Below are positions 12,671 to 29,234 of a stretch of 64,000 nucleotides of DNA, piece after piece (position 1 is the first letter of the stretch; the number at the start of each line of letters is the position of its first letter). Below the pieces are notes generated by a model. The model saw only the letters and a program-made list of their open reading frames with translations. It did no database searches and had not been told where the DNA came from. A program made the translations under genes and the position numbers. This stretch comes from Takakia lepidozioides (taxonomy: Eukaryota > Plantae > Bryophyta). The DNA lies in NCBI GenBank assembly GCA_030704615.1, contig CM060731.1, positions 25,172,001 to 25,236,000 of the forward strand, written 5' to 3'.

Positions 12671-15309
12671 GGAAGGTGTAATCTTTCCTCTTATGCACAT
12701 GCTTAAAATATAGTTTGAATATGTGATTGCCATATTTTAATATAGTAATTTTTTAAGGAATTTTTTTACTTGGACTTTTAGGGTGGAGCCAGTATGCGAC
12801 TAGCCGCTTGTTTATAACCCTTAAACGGCCATCGAGCCCGTTTTGGGCTTTTGTCCTCATTTGGAGTTTAATATCTTTTTCAGATTTTGGTGAAATATGT
12901 GCCGTTGAGAGGCCCCAGAAGCTGGCCATCTGTTGCACTTTACAGGTTGAGAAGATGATCTGTTGTGAGGAAGTTTAGGGCTTTGAAGTGCGGGAGGGTC
13001 TACTGGGCCCTTCCCGCCGCTCTCACTTGCTGGTCTCCCGTGGTTTCCTAGCTTCGTCTTTCTTTCGCGCGCTTTGTGTCATGGTTGGGGGACCTTGAAT
13101 GTAGGTATCTGTTGCTGATGTGCAGGTTGTTGTTGCTGGAGTTGCATGCTTGTCTCTCACGCGAGCTCAGTGTGTCTTGCAATTACTTGCTTGATTGTAT
13201 GTTCTATCTTGCTTTGTATGAAACTACATAAGTGCTCTGTCCTGACTCCTCCATAGCTCGTAACAATTCTCTTTCTTTGCATGTTCTCTCGGAGGTGATA
13301 GCCTCATCAAAGCATTGCGGCTGTGTCAGTGGTCGCTTCCATCGCCGGCGCAATCCCTCCTCTAGCTCTGTGCTGCAAGTAATGGGGTCTGGAGATTCCC
13401 CTCCCGACCCACCACCTGCTCATTTAGCCGCAGAGGCTGCTTTTGTCGGTCACTGGCGGAGAGTTTGGGAGGATTGCAAAGCTGCTTGGGGTTTGAACGA
13501 TGACTATCTACTGGAGTTGAAAAGGTCTACACGGGTGTCATGACCATCGTTTCCTGGGCCTGCTAATTTTCTAGTGCATGTTTTGTCCCTGTTTTGTAGG
13601 GCTAATGATACACGTTTGTTTGGTGCCAATGTAGATTTTGTAAGGCCAAATCTGTGCAACCCAAGGGTGTTGCTGCAGATTTTCAGTTGCCTCTGACTGC
13701 AGCTCAAATGTTGTTGAAGGGGATTTTGTAGGCCAGCTTGTGTAGCTGAATGGTTCTGCTACACATTTTGTAGAGCTGCTAGAGCTCAATGGCTAGTGCT
13801 CAAGGCATTAGCAAGGTCATAGCTAGGTAGGTGTCAGCCCCCTTGGATTCCCCCTTGTGTTCATGCATGAGCTGTCAATGGGACAATCATATGGATTCAA
13901 ATCCCACTCATATATATCAGCTCAGGAGGTACAAGGGGTGGTATCTTGTGACAAGGTGGTACCATAAGGCCCAGCTGATTGAGAGCTTCATGCAAAATCA
14001 CAAACACCAGTAGAGTAGTTAAAATGAAAAATGGACCCCCTACACTTTGACCAAGTGTCACGCCTTGATAAGTTGGTCAAATCCCTCCATTTTTGTCTTG
14101 TTGGATGAAGCATCCGAGGGCGATGCACTAGGAGCAGATTCAGCTTAGATGGATATCACCGTCAGTCAATTTCCCAAATTACCAAATCCAATTTAATTTT
14201 TCTTACTAGGCCCCACACTCTACGTTGCAAATTCGCAGATCTGGATGGATTTCCTCCAAATTTTGGCACATAAGTGCAGGAGGTAGGTGCGCTGCTAATG
14301 TCAGGTCAAAATTTCAATTTTTTTTATTTTCCAGCGAGTTATCTGTATTTTTCACTGCAGGGGTCCGTTTTTTCCGAAAAGTCAACGAGGGGTTGTGGGC
14401 GTTTAAGCAAGGCCTACCCAGGCATTTTCTTTGGAACCACCAATGTTAGGATGACATCACCAACATTGGCTTATATGTGGTTTTTTTTAATATTTGGAAA
14501 GGTTCCACAATAGTCGAGAAAAGTGTCATATTTCATCATCAACAAATTTTTTTTTCTGATAAATGTTTATGATTGGACTTTGATTTTGATTTCCATATCC
14601 ATTTGTCTTCAAATAGCCCATTATGGGTGCCAAAGTGGTTATTTTTTCCACATCATTTTTAATGCCTTTAGAGCTTTTTCTATTTTCCAAAAAAAGCAAT
14701 CCACGTTAGTCTAGCATGACTCTTCCAAAGAGCTTCCAAATTCCAGTGACGACTGTTAGGCCGGAGCTGGTTTAACGTAGACGACATACGGGCCATTAGT
14801 CATCGTAGTTTTCTTTCGCAACACAACAATTCCAGAAAAACACACGACAATTTCGGGACAAAAAACCCCCCCTTAAAATAATTGAAACGTTTTATTTTCC
14901 ATTCATGAACAAGGACACAATGGGTGTGATGCTTTGCCAAATAAATGCGATCCTAAAATTGCAAGAAGAACCTACTTGAGTTACTTAAAAAAGCGTTGTA
15001 AGTTCCTATGCAACTCATTTGCATTTGAAAGGCAAACCCAAACACTCATCATATAAAAAATAGATGGACCCACACTGGGGATTGTAGAACAAATTTGACA
15101 TTTATATCGATTCCAAAATACATACGACAACCAATTACCAGTTTGACATCTCATTAGTATGGAGCAACACGGAGCCTTAATATGATTTATCAAAATAATT
15201 ACTCAATAATCGATATATTTCAAATATGTATGATTTATTGAAATAGTCTAACTATTTTTATTTTTATTTTTTTTGAAAACCATAAATAAATAAACCTGTT
15301 ATTCTGTAC

Positions 15310-16254
15310 AACCCAAGACCAAGAAATCGCGGGACCGAGAAGTGCCACTCTTGGGCTGTGTCTTGGTCCGGAGGCAAAGATTTGGGCCGAGCTATCAGGA
15401 GGATACCTTTTCTTTGGTCTGGACCAAGAAGTTCACGCCAAAAGTAGGTGCCATGTAAGTATATTGGCTGGCTTTGGTCTTTTGGGCTTGGTCCCTAGTG
15501 TAAAGCCCTTGGGACCAATTTTTCGGCCCTCGACCAATAAGAATGCTCAATTTTTGCTTGGTCTTGGTCTTGGTCCCTAGTGTAAAGTGGCCCTAAGTTA
15601 CCGCCATATTTCGCTTAACTGGGGTCGCACACAGCCGAGTGGATACGAAAATGTGGGGACCCTGTCGGAGGCTGTCAGACAAGCTTAACGGAAGGCGATA
15701 GTCCAAAGGGGGGGTTTTGCAACTACACTTTGAGGTCCGTTTGGTAGAAACTTCGACAGATGTTGGTCTTTTCATCCCAACGTTCATTTGTTCCCCTCAA
15801 GCGTTTGTTCCCCAAATCCCTTTTCGAACCGGTTCTATACTTGGTAGGTGCGGCGTCAGGTTAAGCAAGTTAGGGGTCAAGGCAGTACCCGTTTTCTGTA
15901 AACCCGGTCCAAAGTGCCTATTACCTAACTGCTTCGGCTCATTAACCCCGCAGGTGCTCGACTTGATAGCCGGCCCTTCTCTGTCCTCCCTTTGCACTAA
16001 CCAGGGTAGCCAGGTGGCAGCCCCATTTTGGCAAATTTGTTTCAACGTATTTTCTTCCGGGCCCTAGAATAGAAATCCAAGTTGTGAAGGAATTTGGCCA
16101 CTCACTATGCTGTAAATAAAAAGTTTTATTATTGTGCATCAAGAGACTTTTGGATGAGAATTAACCGCAGAGAGATATGGCTGGTTAGAAGTTGACCAGC
16201 AACCATAATCTGGTCAGTTGGGACGTTGGGGTCCCTAGTGTAAAGTGGCCCTTA
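15310..16254. mobile_element. PIF/Harbinger-type MITE remnants: repeated terminal sequence GGTCCCTAGTGTAAAGTGGCCC followed by TAA or TTA
   Basis: Copies at ~15490 (partial), 15572-15593 and 16230-16251. The two complete copies are followed by TAA and TTA, the Harbinger target-site pattern. Confidence 0.6.
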
Positions 16255-18594
16255 GTAGACCATTTTTGCTTCTTAACCCCCCAGGTGCGGCCTGGCCCTT
16301 AGTAGGGTAGTCCCTAGTGGGAGGGCTTGGTACGAGGGGAATACCGTCCCAGACAGAGTAAGACCCGAGCATCAAGGTGGATTCTTCAAATCTAGGGGGA
16401 GATTTTGTGGCCCAAGGTGATGACTCCACAACTGGTCCAGGTGTGAAAAATCTCTTAAAAAGATCACTACTCGGTAAAATAGGTTCTTTTATCATCTTCT
16501 GCATGCCCATTACCCCATTATTGGAAGCCCATTACCTAGTAGTTCAACATACGGCATGTATGTTTTTTAATATGTTTATGATAAGTTATTTTTTGGTTAT
16601 ATTTTATGTCAAAGTACATCAATATATATGTTGTTGTTGTTCTTAAAAACCATAGTAATACATTATCATATAGAATACTGATGAGTACATCCGAGCTCAT
16701 ATGTTGTAAAAATGGTATTAGATCACCACTGTCGATGAAGGTAAGGGGCGAGGCAAGAGAGAGCAAATAAGAGTGAAAATAAACGTTTCTAGATAACAAC
16801 AAATTTGAAGGCTCATTATTTGTATGATATCATTTGCATTAAGTGAGTGCTTACCTCCATTGCGCATTTCACTCAGATTTGTTATTGTAAAAGACCTCTT
16901 CTGAAGCAAGCTTTTAGCTACAAGTTGCAAGATACAAGGTTGGGTAGCATGGGCGTGAGCATGCTCACATGAGCACAAGCGAATATTAAGGATATTTCCT
17001 AGATGCCTTCCGAATATTCTTCAGCGAAAGTAAAATTGAGAAACTAAAAACTTTGCGAAACTTTTTTTTAACTGCTCACATAGGCCCTCGCAGCATCATT
17101 TAAGAAACAAGTAACACCTACACACAATAAACATGTTACCCTATAGGCGCGGGGTTTCTTCACGTTATGCGAACTGGATACCCCAGAAAACCCCAAAAAA
17201 CAAAGATCGGGGTTTTCAGTCCGGGTATCGGCAGTTTAAGCCCTAGAAAAGTTATTTTTGCACTTAGAAAATAAATCTGAAGGTACTCATATGCACCGTG
17301 CCTGTTAACATGTAATTCCTATGACCGTGGTTTGAAAACATTTAACCCCTATGACCAAGGGTTGTGCCTCACGCTGTGCTCACAAGATTTACCCCCCCCC
17401 CGGATTTGATCCCTGCTTTTTCTAAAAAATCTAGACAGAGAAACTTTACTAGTTTCAATGTGAGAGAAGATGGACCATGTTGTCAGAAATGTAAATGTAG
17501 TTGGAACCATGAAAAATATTAAAATCTGCAAAAAGTACATAGAAAAATCTAATTCATCAAAACCCGAAACCCCTGGAAGATTCCAATATCTTGGGGAAGA
17601 TTCTCAAAGAATTACATAGATTCATAGCCTTGAAGATTAGGTGACCCGGTCAGGTTCCTCTTTCCACCCCTACTCCCTCCAATGGGGAATGGGTTTGACG
17701 GAGGAACATGAGCCCTCCATGTGACTCCGGCACCATCTCCCAAGAGGTGCTCTAAAGAAGAATAAAAATGGCCTCAAGAAGGAGACCTGCTCAGTGGGTC
17801 AACCCAATAATAATAATAATAACAGTCAAGTCAAAGATCTATTTTTATTTTTATGGAAAGGGAGCAGAGCCCTGTTTATCACATTAAAGAACGAGGAAAA
17901 AATAACCTTGTGAGGGCCATCTGGTAGAACAAGGGGGGGGACCTCCCAGAACTCCAAAGATTTGGGACAATTTCCTGACCACACTTTTTCGCCCGAGGAA
18001 GCACATAGAAGGGACCTGAGCTTAAAAACTGGCTTCAAAACGGGCTCCACTGAGCTTCTAAACCGGACCTTGACATTTTTGTATGGACTGTATGTACAGA
18101 AAATACATTTGGTATTTATCTTAGAGAGAGAGCTCAGACGTATAGGGTGAGTGAAGCTTCACCTTCCGTCCAAACACAGGCCTTGATTTCCCTATCTTCT
18201 CGAGTCCTATCCCACCTGGTACATAAAAGCAAATTGGAAATGCTCGAACATATTTTCTCATATACATCCCAAATAGTAGCCCGGGCCTAGGCAGTATAGG
18301 AGACTTGCACCTTCATCCGCCCATGCAAAGGTGGAGCGCTATATGTTGTATCAGCCCACTGATTGGCTCTTCCCACAGTGTCGGGTTGCCTGACCTTCCC
18401 AAACCGGCCAAATGAATTGGGGTACATAGTGGGCTGATCATTTGTGCCGTTAGATCTCTACAAGCTTGTTTATGCTCTGTTGGAAGTATTCTAATACCCG
18501 CTCCTATGGGGAATATAGAGCACGCAGCCTGCCGGGGCCTTTTTTGGGTATATATACATAGAGTTTAAGAGTTTTCAAGTTGGAACCGTATGAC

Positions 18595-18827
18595 CAGCGT
18601 TTTCTTTATTGGTGAATTTCACCTGATTTTTCAAAAAGGGAATATTCTGTTTCAAATTCCCTGTTTTTCCATGGATGAAATTTCCAAATATGGATGATAT
18701 AAATCGCTTAAAGTACAGATGTGGATGATTCTATCCTAATTTCAATGGATGAACATAATGTACGACTAGTTTTGCAAAACTCTGTAGCCACTCGTGCTGT
18801 TTTCCAAATTTCCAAAAATAAACGCTG
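18595..18827. mobile_element. Small MITE with CAGCGTTT...AAACGCTG terminal inverted repeats (hAT-like)
   Basis: CAGCGTTTTCTTTATTGG versus CCAAAAATAAACGCTG; GTATGAC occurs on both flanks. Confidence 0.5.
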
Positions 18828-18899
18828 TGTGTGTATGACCAAGTTTCATCATTAAATATACAAGGAAATTTCCCACCTACATGGACGCCATAACAGAAC

Positions 18900-23446
<4,547 letters not shown>

Positions 23447-24095
23447 TCTCATATAAATTGAACTTGATTCTGGAGAGCAGGATAGGTATAACAACATATT
23501 GTGCATACATTGTTAATGGCGGCCAAAATTTTGCATGAAAAGAGTTGATGCTTCAAGTATTGTTGCTTGGAGAGGAAAGCACAGAGGTATGACTTAAGTC
23601 TATCGAGTAAACTCTCAAGAGATTGCTTTACAGTTACAGTCTCAGAACTTTTGTTTCAGATTTACTCAACTTTCATACTTTAGAGACTGCACATTCAGTC
23701 AATGGCAGATCCCTTGTTGCTCATGGTGAGATTCTCATTACATCATGAACCTTCTTCCACAGACTGCTTCACATTTATAATGGACAGATACCATCATTTG
23801 GGTTTTTGCATTGATATTAGGCTGAAGCCTTTGTGAGTTACATTGCAAAGAGTTATCCAAAATTAGAAGGTGAAATTGGGGAAACATACTTGAAACTATG
23901 TCTTGTGCACATGTCTTGATCACTAGAGTTTGTACACTGAACTGCAACTATATTACCTTGTAACTATTAGGTTATGGAAGAGTACCCTGGAGATTATAAA
24001 TAAAAATCTGGGGAACGCAGACACATCTAATCCGAAAAAGAAGTTGGAATGATAGATCTTGAGACCTCTTTCCGTAGGGATGTCTTGAACAAAGC

Positions 24096-24887
24096 TTATT
24101 TGACATCGACAGAGCGTGTCAGTTGTTCCTGCCTGTGAGTCTTGGGGACCGTGACAGTAAGAACGCCATTGTCGACCTTGGCAGTCACTTCGTCTGCATT
24201 GGCATTGTCAGCCAAGGGCAAGCGCCTCAGGAACTTGCACTGACTGCGCTCCACACGGTGCCATGTATCAGTGTCCTTCACGTCTTCAGTCCTACGCTCG
24301 CCACTTATCTGAAGTGTGTGGCCATCCTCCACAAGTACCTTCACTTCCTCTTTCCTTAGACCTGTATACAAGTAGCCCGACCTCTTCAGTACTGCTGGCA
24401 GGATCCAAAACAGTAATCTAAATCGCGATGCATGGATTGAAGCTCAAAGCCACTATTTTACTATACGCCTGTACAGACTTGCTCATTTCAGATAAATCGC
24501 AGAGCACTTTTAAAAGACTACGTTCGAATTCGATAAGCAAATGAGTAAGTGCAAGGTGTACAATTATGTACAGAGAACAGTTTGAACATCCAGGAAACCG
24601 CAGCCTTACATGACCTTGTCTGATTGACCAGTCATATCATAGCTTTATAAGATTTAAACACAAAATCCATAGTTCAGGAGTTGAAGTAGTGACTTACCAG
24701 GCAGGTCAGCTTTGAAGACATGAGAATCTGCAGTTTCAAGCCAATCTACACGCGTGCTGGCGATAGCGCGCGCATCCTCTGCAAACGAGCGAGCTGATTC
24801 CTGGTCCCACAACGCACAGGAGTCCGGCTCCGAAAATGGATCCCGCACGCTGCCGAAGCGACGTCCGAAGAACGATTCCAGGGCCAT
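24096..24887 (-). CDS. Cytosolic class I-like small heat shock protein (HSP20/alpha-crystallin); exons 24887-24698 and 24361-24096
   Basis: TRVDWLETADSHVFKADLPG|LRKEEVKVLVEDGHTLQISGER...DTWHRVERS..KFLRRLPL..NA..V.AKVDNGVLTVTVPK. Phase-1 GT-AG intron. Confidence 0.93.
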
Positions 24888-25090
24888 TGACGATGAATAA
24901 CTAAGTTTCAGACTGCGATTGGTGCGAAAAAGCAAAATTCGAGGCTCGTTTGTGAGGAGGGAAGAAATCAGTTAGCGAGAAAAATCTGAGCTCGTACGTG
25001 CAGCAGCACGTTGATGAAGTATGGTAGTGCAGTAAGTGATCGCAGCGTTTGCACAGAACAGCGTATATGGAAAGTGAGGCAGCATTGCTG

Positions 25091-25685
25091 CTTATATATA
25101 CCTAGTTGTGTGTCGGTTTCCTGCTTCTTCCTGAACTCTAACCTCCGGGTGCTTCTAGATTTCTCCATAACTCTGCCATCGCCATCGCCACAGGACCGGC
25201 ACGAAGCACACATTGCGACTGTGCGCAATGCTTTGCTCCCGACTCTTCTCGAACATAATAGAACGTTCATCCACCGTAAAGGATTTTGGGGGCAGATTAT
25301 GCGTTTTATGAGGCAAATTAAAATGCAGAAGATCGTCGCTCCACGCCGTCCAGGGTGCTGGCGCATTCTGCATTCATAACCGGCAGTTTGACTTTTACCT
25401 GCTCATTATGGCCTGCAGCCAATCAGAGGCCTCGCATAATCTGCCCCAAAAAACCCTTTACGTCAGTTAACGGGCAGGGGTTGGCATATTATGCCTCCCC
25501 CTTCCCGGGCGAGCGTGATGGCGAACGGGGAGGCATAATATTCCAACCCTGCCCGTTATCTAGTACAGAAAGAGCATCACGGTTCGAACATCTTGGATGA
25601 TAACTCCAATCGGGATCCAGATGGATGAACAGTATGGGAGCGGGTTCGTCTCCTGGGGTGCTTTCGTGCTTTCCAGAAGCTTCTC
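25091..25685 (-). promoter_or_regulatory. sHSP promoter: TATA box (~25091-25100) and heat-shock elements
   Basis: TTCctGAA at 25128; in-phase TTC-GAA-(TAA)-GAA-TTC at 25246-25268; perfect TTCcaGAAgcTTC at 25671-25683; CCAAT at ~25419. Confidence 0.8.
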
Positions 25686-26469
25686 GTTCTCTGACTGATG
25701 AACACGAGAGCATTTTATGAAGACGCTGCAGCTTTCGCAAAGGTATGGGGTGGCCGTTTCTTAGGGAAGTGTCAATTCTGCACTCCGAATAGCCGATTCT
25801 GAGTGCAGAATCGGAAGGTGAATAACACAACATTCAAAAATAGAAAATAAGATACATACAAAATTAAAAAAATCAGCCAGCTGAAATCGAATTTACAAGG
25901 ACACAAAAATTGTAGTATTGGAGTTCAAAAACTCCGTTGATTTGTACACCGATGAATTCAAGCCATTGCCAAGAAGAAGCTCCTGAATAAAGCTAAGAAT
26001 TTGAACCCTAGAAGCTCCTGAATCAATGAATCAATAGCCGACAAAAATCACAGTCTTCTAGGATCAATCCTTCTTCGATTTTTTTGCCAAGAGTTAATTT
26101 GCAGAAGCAGCATCAGGTAATTGAAAAATTATGGGACAATTATTGACACCGCGCAAAGCTCGGACCAAAGTAGTTCGTAACTGCATACTGTTCCCCAAAT
26201 TCAACTTCAGATTCTCAATATTTGTCGTCTGAAACATGTGAAGCAATCTGAGTCAAAGGGCATGCTACACAGCTTGTAGGAACCAAATCACTTTGTACCC
26301 CCACAGATACAGCAAGAACTGTTGCATAATGAGACACGCCTCATGCACCAATTATAGGATCCCATGACAAAACAAGAGCACTTGTACCACTTGTGGAGTT
26401 GGTCAGTTGTGGAAGAGACTCGTCTTCTACTTTAATCTTAGCTTTGTGAGCTTGATTAGAAAGATTTTA

Positions 26470-28338
26470 TTCATGCGTCATAGATGCGGCCCAGCTAATG
26501 CCACCTTCAGTATCAGGCTCGTGTGAAACAAAATTCTGAAGCGCCCTCTGAACTACTTCAATATCATTTTCAGTGTCCTACCTCATATATCCTTCAACCG
26601 AATCATGGCATGGTAGATTTCTGCCAATGTGTGCAGATAGTCCATAGCAATCAATTTGGTAACACACATTACCCGAGCACTCTTATTCGAAAAGAAGCGT
26701 TTCTCGCAACATGACAAGTGTTCAACTAGCTGTGCTAGCCACTTTGCAATTGTCTTGAGGCCCACGCGGGATTTGCTGTACCACTGCAATCAATGTACAA
26801 CAAATACTATTAGCGTTCAAAACTACCGATTATTCCAAATTAAGCAGAGTTAGCATACTGTAAGTAATCAACAAATGTCCAATGAAAATTATAAGCACAT
26901 ACCATGCCAAGGTCCCAAGAATTTCCATCAATTGCTCGAAGAAAGAGGGGATGAGGAGTGGGCCCCACTTTGGGCGATGGTAAATAAAGTGCGAATGTGT
27001 CATAAACATCTGGAATGGAGGAGTATACAGGCTTCCTTAATCGCTCGGGCTGGTAGTAAGCCAAATCAACCTTATGGTTTTGAGACTCACACTCATCAAA
27101 GTGAACATACTTTCCTCTCATATGAAGAGACTCCAAAACTGAAATCAATATCATGTAGGTTGTATAGCTCTACCTAAGCATAGACGTCAAAGTTCTTATG
27201 ACATAGGAAGGCGGCGGTTCTCAATTGGCAGCCGCGAGGTTGATCACGTTACATATGAGGAAGCTCCAGAAGAGTTTTTTCGGCATCAGTAGAAAGTGTT
27301 TTCGAGACATGTCTCTTACGGCCGATTCCGGCCGCATTAGACTGCTTAACTGCAGTTTCACCTGACTTTCTAACCTTAAGGAACTGTCCATCGTAGAGAA
27401 TGTTGAATTCCTCGGCCGGATCACCAGTTTCTACTGATCGCCGGTCTAATCTCGCACATATCACACTAATGGCCCGCAAGAGATACACAAGCCTGCAGTC
27501 AGTTCCACAAATCTAGTTAGAAGCTGATCACAAAAGAAAAAGATCATAGATGAATGTTTCACTAGGGTAGATAATATCGTCCTTCTTATGCATTTGCAAA
27601 AAGAAGGTGCTGAGAAGGTCGAATAATTGATGAATATCCATTTCAAATATGTCAGCAATCGAAAGGTTTGTGGAGATTTCTACACTTTGCGCCATGCATC
27701 AAATCTATTATATGTCAATTTGTCCATATCCTTGGACTTCCGTTCATCTCCATTGGCCATAATCTCCACCTTGCGCGCATTATTGCGTAGATATCCATGT
27801 CTCCGGCAGGGCCATGAGGCTGATTCTTATCCTGACCACAATCTACAAGTCCATCGTCAAATAGCAGGTCCATGAAACAACTCATTTTCAACGAATTTGT
27901 TATAGCAATCAAGAATTTTGTCAAAATTCTTGTCCAAAATTGGAATGGAAGATTCTTGAACATCATAATGGTAAGCGTTGAGACATTGTTGCCCTGATCA
28001 GCAATAGAAACTGGTGGCAGAATGTTGCTGACATTGCCGAGGATCTCTCGTCCAGACATGATGCAAGCAAGCAGTGATAATGAGCACACACACAACAGCA
28101 AAGCGAAAAATTTGAGAGGACCGGGAATGGGGGAGAGTACAGTGGGGAGCAGTGTGACAACAATGTGACGGATACGAAAAGAAATAAAAAGGGGAAAAAG
28201 GAAATCGGCCTAGCTATAGGCAGAAGTGGCCACCCCAAACCTTTACGCTAGAGAAGGGGGTGCATTCTGGCACCTTGTTCGTCCCTACGTCTCGGCCTCG
28301 CCCTAGTGACTCACTAGGTGCCAGAATGCGCCCTAGAG
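26470..28338 (-). mobile_element. Decayed Crypton-like (DUF3504/ZMYM-KCTD1-type) tyrosine recombinase element, copy 1, with a probable 63-nt intron and an upstream hairpin
   Basis: YNRFDAWRK; LSTFFLQMHKKDDIIYPSET|LVYLLRAI; FNIL...F..VRK....VKQS.AAGIG.KR.....LS...EK.LL; QPRGCQL...F....F.VYA.VELYNL...DF; YVHFDECESQNHK; YDTFALYL...LFLRAID; WYSKSRVGLKTIAKWL...FSNKSARVMCVTKL; CHDSVEGYMR*D. Confidence 0.8.
28258..28333. repeat. 18-bp inverted repeat hairpin GGGTGCATTCTGGCACCT / AGGTGCCAGAATGCGCCC with an internal palindrome CTAGTGACTCACTAG
   Basis: Arms match 17/18; CTAGAG occurs on both sides (28248 and 28333). Confidence 0.9.
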
Positions 28339-28669
28339 GATGTCTTCTCTAGTACATAAGGTGCTATCCTCTCTAACTAAGAAATCCTGGCCGGGTCTTT
28401 ACGGGACGACAATAGTCTTTATGATCCCGTCATCATTCATGTGTTTTGGAGAGTACGTCATCATGTCAAATTGCTCAAGATGCAAAGGCTGTGACAGAAG
28501 ATCTTCAAGGCTAATCTTCCCGGTAATTTGATAATTTGACTAATTTCTTTTCAGATGCTCTCTCCTTGTTAGACTGAATCATGCATTTCGGATGAAAGTA
28601 AATAAGGGTCCCAAATTCTGGTAGGGGCTATTCCTGAAGGTCAAAAAAAGGGAGAGGATTGGAGCGGTC

Positions 28670-29020
28670 AATGGGAAGGGGGGGCGTGGGTGTTGGAATG
28701 GGTGATCATATGTGAGGCTAGGCCTAGAGTCTAGCATACAAGTAGGATATGTGAGGCGGTGGGCCTCTTTCTACTTCTAAAGCTTTCAAGAGAATTTCCC
28801 ACAACAAGGATCCTCATCCGGATGAGGCGGTGGCACCACCGCCCTAAGAGATAGTATATAAAGAGGGTGAGGGAGCCTACCTCCTCGAGATTCTCTTACA
28901 TCTCCAATTTACTTTGGTGAATGAGAGACACAAAACCAACAAAGACGGAGAAGCACAAGGCTAGTGTAATGCACTACTAGTACCCAGAGCCTAGGACTAA
29001 CTATTAGATGGAAGTTGTCA
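28670..29020 (+). mobile_element. Possible LTR fragment preceded by a polypurine tract
   Basis: AATGGGAAGGGGGGG, then TGTTGG, a TATATAAAGAGGG motif and a candidate ...TGTCA end. No partner LTR was found. Confidence 0.3.
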
Positions 29021-29234
29021 CACAAAGTTAAGAGAAGGAGGACCCAGTGAATCCATCCTAATTTCGTGCATTACTTGGATTTGGAAAAATAATGTGTCAT
29101 CAATGTCATCAAAGACTTGATTTGTGTCTCTGCTTTCAATGTTGTGGGAAGCATCCACCGGAGTAGCAGCTGAACCCACCCTTCTATCTCTAGTACCCAT
29201 GAGCCACCATTGAAAAATGCAAACCAGGAAGCTT

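Noticed and set aside
13232-13543. Possible gene (GSGDSPPDPPP...WRRVWEDCKAAW)
   Set aside because: No recognisable domain and no exon chain could be built.
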